A stretch of DNA of 64,000 bases from an uncultured Nitrososphaerota archaeon (GTDB taxonomy: Archaea > Thermoproteota > Nitrososphaeria > Nitrososphaerales > Gagatemarchaeaceae). Made by a program: the position numbers and the translations under genes. The notes beneath the pieces were generated by a model, which ran no database searches, was not told the DNA's origin, and worked only from the letters and a program-made list of their open reading frames with translations. This document shows, piece by piece, positions 60,494 through 64,000 of this stretch (its first letter is position 1; each line of letters starts with the position of its first letter). Location: NCBI GenBank assembly GCA_963838925.1, contig CAWISW010000003.1, positions 480,001 through 544,000 of the forward strand. Reading direction: 5' to 3'.

Positions 60494-61593
60494 GCAACCA
60501 AGCGAGCGCCCTGCTTGGTGGGATCAATGCTGAGCTTAACAGGTTGCGCAGATCGCGCCTCCTCATCGCCCTGGTTCTGGTCCAGGCAGTAACGTTTCTC
60601 TTGCTCGTGACGCTTTTCGGCGTTACGGGCGGTTTCGCGCCCACTATAGTGGTGAATCACGACAATGGCACGCTTTCACAGGTGTTCATCACCAACCTAG
60701 AAAATGACCATCACTCGTTCGCCTTGACATTCATGAGCAACGAGACGAGCGCAAAGCAACAGGTTGCGCAGGGAAATTTCGTGGCGATGATCGTCATTCC
60801 ACCGGGGTTTTCGCAGAGCGTCCTTGATGGAAAGACCGTGCCCGTCACTGTCTTTATCGATAACATCAACACCGACATGACCTCGGACATCCAGCGCGCG
60901 ATGCCTTCGGCCATCTTGAGTTTTGGTGAGCAGCTCAAAGTCGAAGGCCTGAACGCGAGCGTGGCCGAGGCCGACACCTACCCACACGATACAAGCTTCA
61001 TCGACTACATGGTTGCGAGCGCTCTAGTGTTGGACGCTCTCATAATCGCAGGCACCTTAAGCGCTCTCTCGGTTGCCGAGGAGTTCGAGTCGAAGACTGC
61101 CAAGCTTCTCGCGGTGTCGCCAGTTCACCCTCTCGTTCCGTTGATAGGCCGGGTCATGGCAACGGCTTTGGTTTCGGCTGGGGCTCTAGCGATTACCGTT
61201 TTCGTTGCCCTCGCTGGTTACGGTATTTCGCCGGTTTACCCTCTTCAGATGGCGGCAGTCCTGCTCTTCTGCGTAGTAATTTTCAGCTGTATCGGCGCCG
61301 CGCTTGGCGCGGTTTTGAAGAGGACGCTTCCCGTGGCCTTGCTCGTTCTGGGCATCGCCCTTCCTTTATTTCTCTACAGCGGCTCATACGAACCGGAACG
61401 GTTCGACGGGACCTACATCTGGCTCGCGGCGCATTTTTCGCCAGAATACTATGCTGTTGGTCTGATGGAGCATGCGGTCTTCAATCTGAAGGTCACTCCT
61501 GAGCCGCTTAGCGTACTCGCCCTCGGCTTGGTCGGGTTTGGGATTGGAGCGTTAGCATTGGCGGGGTTTTACTCCAGAAGAGGGTTTCTATGA
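60490..61593 (+). CDS. ABC-2 family permease
   Basis: TM, extracellular domain, five TM; ATGA overlap. Confidence 0.9.
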   Translation: MSNQASALLGGINAELNRLRRSRLLIALVLVQAVTFLLLVTLFGVTGGFAPTIVVNHDNGTLSQVFITNLENDHHSFALTFMSNETSAKQQVAQGNFVAMIVIPPGFSQSVLDGKTVPVTVFIDNINTDMTSDIQRAMPSAILSFGEQLKVEGLNASVAEADTYPHDTSFIDYMVASALVLDALIIAGTLSALSVAEEFESKTAKLLAVSPVHPLVPLIGRVMATALVSAGALAITVFVALAGYGISPVYPLQMAAVLLFCVVIFSCIGAALGAVLKRTLPVALLVLGIALPLFLYSGSYEPERFDGTYIWLAAHFSPEYYAVGLMEHAVFNLKVTPEPLSVLALGLVGFGIGALALAGFYSRRGFL

Positions 61594-62717
61594 AGCTCGG
61601 TTCGCTGTTTACAATCGCTCTGCATGACCTCGCCAGGTGGAGGAAGATGCCCCTCACTGCAGCTGCCGCGCTTGTCCCACCGATCACGATGATGCTGATC
61701 CTCGCGACATTGAGCATTGCAGTCACGCAACAGCCCGTTGCACTGGTTGTGCAAGGGAACGGCCCGGCGTCGACGCGAATGGCTCAAATCATCGAAAATG
61801 ACACCGAAGCATATTATCTCACGTTTACGAACGCGACTACTGCGAACTCGTTGCTCCAGAGCGAGCAGGTCGCTGCCGTCATCACCATCCCAGCAAACTT
61901 CTCAGCAGATGCGGCTAACGGAACTGGAAAGGTCCTCGTCAAGCTCAACAACGTCGACTACGACTTTTCTGACGACATTCGCAGAAGCGTAGACCGGTCT
62001 GTCGTGGAATTCGACGCCCCGACCCTCATCTCGGACAATCTGTTGAACACAACGGTGCCCAACGCGTACCATGTAACTCTCGAGGAGCAGGCCCTCAGGG
62101 TGACTAACGTTGACTGGTTCCACTACCAGCTAGTTCCCACTTTCGTGCTGCTGACCCTCAACGTCGGTCTCGTCGGAACTGCCTTACTGTGCGCGCTCGA
62201 TGAGGAGAGCAAGACCGCCCGTATGCTAGTCCTATCGCCTCAACGAGCTAGGACGCTAGTCTTCGGTCGCATCTTGGGAGGAGTCCTCACATGCTTCGTG
62301 ATCGTGACTCCCGCGGTACTGCTGTCAGTCCTGATCGGTTTCGTCAGCTTGCCAATTGAACAACTACCGGCCCTGTTCGGGATATTTTTGGGGACTGCAT
62401 TGTGTGCAGCAGGTACCGGTGCAATAATCGGTACCCTCGTAAAAGGCACAAGGTATGTCGCGTTTCTCTCCTCAATAGCCGCAACGTATCTGTTCCTCCT
62501 AGGGGGAGGGTTTACTGCGATTGAGTTTGCTCCCCGTTGGCTTCAGAATCTGAGCGCGTTCATCCCGACCCGATATTCTATAGACGCCTTACGGCAGGCC
62601 CTGTTCTATCCCAACCCCACTGGAATTCCCCTGTCGCTCTCGCTTCTTGCGATTTACGCCATCGCCTGCGTCGGGGTTGGCGCGCTCCTCATGAGGCGCT
62701 CTTGGTTGCGCAAATAA
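61590..62717 (+). CDS. ABC-2 family permease
   Basis: Paralogous architecture; PTRYSIDALR; ATGA overlap. Confidence 0.9.
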   Translation: MKLGSLFTIALHDLARWRKMPLTAAAALVPPITMMLILATLSIAVTQQPVALVVQGNGPASTRMAQIIENDTEAYYLTFTNATTANSLLQSEQVAAVITIPANFSADAANGTGKVLVKLNNVDYDFSDDIRRSVDRSVVEFDAPTLISDNLLNTTVPNAYHVTLEEQALRVTNVDWFHYQLVPTFVLLTLNVGLVGTALLCALDEESKTARMLVLSPQRARTLVFGRILGGVLTCFVIVTPAVLLSVLIGFVSLPIEQLPALFGIFLGTALCAAGTGAIIGTLVKGTRYVAFLSSIAATYLFLLGGGFTAIEFAPRWLQNLSAFIPTRYSIDALRQALFYPNPTGIPLSLSLLAIYAIACVGVGALLMRRSWLRK

Positions 62718-62961
62718 CCCTTCGATTGGGAAAAATAGAACTTGGCCTGCTTATATAACATAGGTCATACACATGCTCCCGTGTGAACTGAGAAGTTGAG
62801 TGACCATGTGATATTTCTTGGTTTACCTCTCCTCATTGAGGGGCTCGCCATTGGCCAGTCATGCGCCTTTGAGGCCGCACATTTTGCAGCACTCCTGATG
62901 ATTGGATCCAGAGCTCACAGCCCGCGGAGAGACTCGGCCAGCGTCTTGGAATGGCGTTTAC

Positions 62962-64000
62962 ATGCATGAAAGCAACCGCTCAAGGCTAACTGGCTGGTTC
63001 AGGAATTTCGGGCCTGCCTGGCTCGTCATGATGGCAGACATAGACGTCGCCTCCATCATAACGGCCCTCCAAGCCGGCTCGACCTGGGGGTACAGGATGG
63101 TGTTCATCATGCTGATGCTGGCTGTACCCCTCTTCATCATCCAGGATGCTGCTGGCCGTTTGGGAACGGCTTCGGGCGTCGGCCTGGGCGAAGCCATTCG
63201 CAAGTTCTTCGGCAGGCGGGCGGCTATCATCGCCGCTTTTCCCATGGGCGTGAGCGACTTTCTTGAGTATGTCGCTGAGTACGCGGGCATAGCAATCGGC
63301 CTCTATCTTCTGGGGCTGCCCGTTCTCTCTGGTCTTCTCTTCGTCTACGTTCTCCACACCATGATTGTGGTGGGCAGGCAGTACAGACACGCCGAGGTGG
63401 TGCTCATACCTCTGAGCTTCTTGCTTGTTGCCGCGATAGCAGCCTCAACATTCGTATTCCATATTGACGTGAGCAAGTTTCTCTCTGTCGGTCTCTCCCC
63501 GTTCCAGCCTTATGGCAATCCCTCGTTCGACTATCTGCTTGCGGCGAGCATAGGCGCCGTCGTGATGCCGTGGATGTTGTACTTTCATTCCGGTGCAAAC
63601 TCGCGTAGGAAGAAGCATCCGAAGGACCTGAAGAACGAGCGCATCGAAACCCTGGTGGGCGCCATCGTTTCCGAGGTCCTCATGGCCGTAATCGTTGTCG
63701 ACGGGCTGCACCTTTCCACCGGGGGCGGCCTGATTAGTCAATCGGAGCTGTCGGATGCGCTCCCCCTCTTCGGCCCGTACGCTTCCACAATCATGGGGTT
63801 GGGGTTCATATTCGCTGGCTTTCTCGCGCTAGTCGTGATATCCCTCGGCTCGGCTTGGGGCGTGCTCGAGGCGATAGGCCTGAGGTCAAAGGCTTCCTTC
63901 CTCTCGGTCTACGCGGTCGAGAGCCTGCCGGCCGTGATTCTCGTGGCGGTAGTGACGGGATATATCCAGCTCTTACTGAACCTGATGGTCCTCTTCACCA
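62962..64000 (+). CDS. NRAMP-family divalent metal transporter, truncated by the window end
   Basis: ATG 62962; FGPAWLVMMADIDVASIITALQAG, IQDAAGRLG, EYVAEYAG, IGAVVMPWMLYFH. Confidence 0.9.
   Translation, partial: MHESNRSRLTGWFRNFGPAWLVMMADIDVASIITALQAGSTWGYRMVFIMLMLAVPLFIIQDAAGRLGTASGVGLGEAIRKFFGRRAAIIAAFPMGVSDFLEYVAEYAGIAIGLYLLGLPVLSGLLFVYVLHTMIVVGRQYRHAEVVLIPLSFLLVAAIAASTFVFHIDVSKFLSVGLSPFQPYGNPSFDYLLAASIGAVVMPWMLYFHSGANSRRKKHPKDLKNERIETLVGAIVSEVLMAVIVVDGLHLSTGGGLISQSELSDALPLFGPYASTIMGLGFIFAGFLALVVISLGSAWGVLEAIGLRSKASFLSVYAVESLPAVILVAVVTGYIQLLLNLMVLFT

Overview
A high-GC archaeal chromosome segment. The archaeal rpl3/rpl4/rpl23/rpl2/rps19 genes, TATA-type promoters and a tetraether-synthase fragment fit a non-ammonia-oxidising Nitrososphaerota/TACK lineage; this placement is an inference. 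The core part (about 0.1-46.3 kb) holds a branched-chain amino-acid supercluster (ilvD, ilvC, ilvB/ilvH, leuACDB, ilvE) interleaved with a 2-oxoacid dehydrogenase complex (E1a, E1b, E2, frameshifted E3, lipA, lipB). It also holds an aldehyde dehydrogenase, a SPOUT methyltransferase, a two-gene glutamate synthase, part of the S10 operon, pdaD and a PhoU-like/truncated-PPDK pair. There are two accessory regions. (1) A 6.2-kb lower-GC cassette (3372-9570) lies between an intact ilvC with patchily atypical codon usage and a diverged duplicate of the last 309 nt of ilvC. It carries a PD-(D/E)XK nuclease-like gene, a wHTH gene, a DUF3494 ice-binding fusion, a YVTN propeller and an orphan 3' tail of tes. 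(2) An island from about 46.8 kb to the window end is punctuated by three tRNA-Ala 3'-end-like repeats and carries ABC exporters, katG, DsrE-TusA-SQR, a RelE-like gene and an NRAMP-family transporter. The best novelty candidates are the housekeeping-gene tail-replacement cassette at ilvC and a Val/Leu-rich rare-codon leader peptide with alternative hairpins in front of the ilvB-leu operon (putative archaeal attenuator). No CRISPR array, rRNA, intact tRNA or integrase was seen. All calls come from motif recognition by eye, with no database searches.
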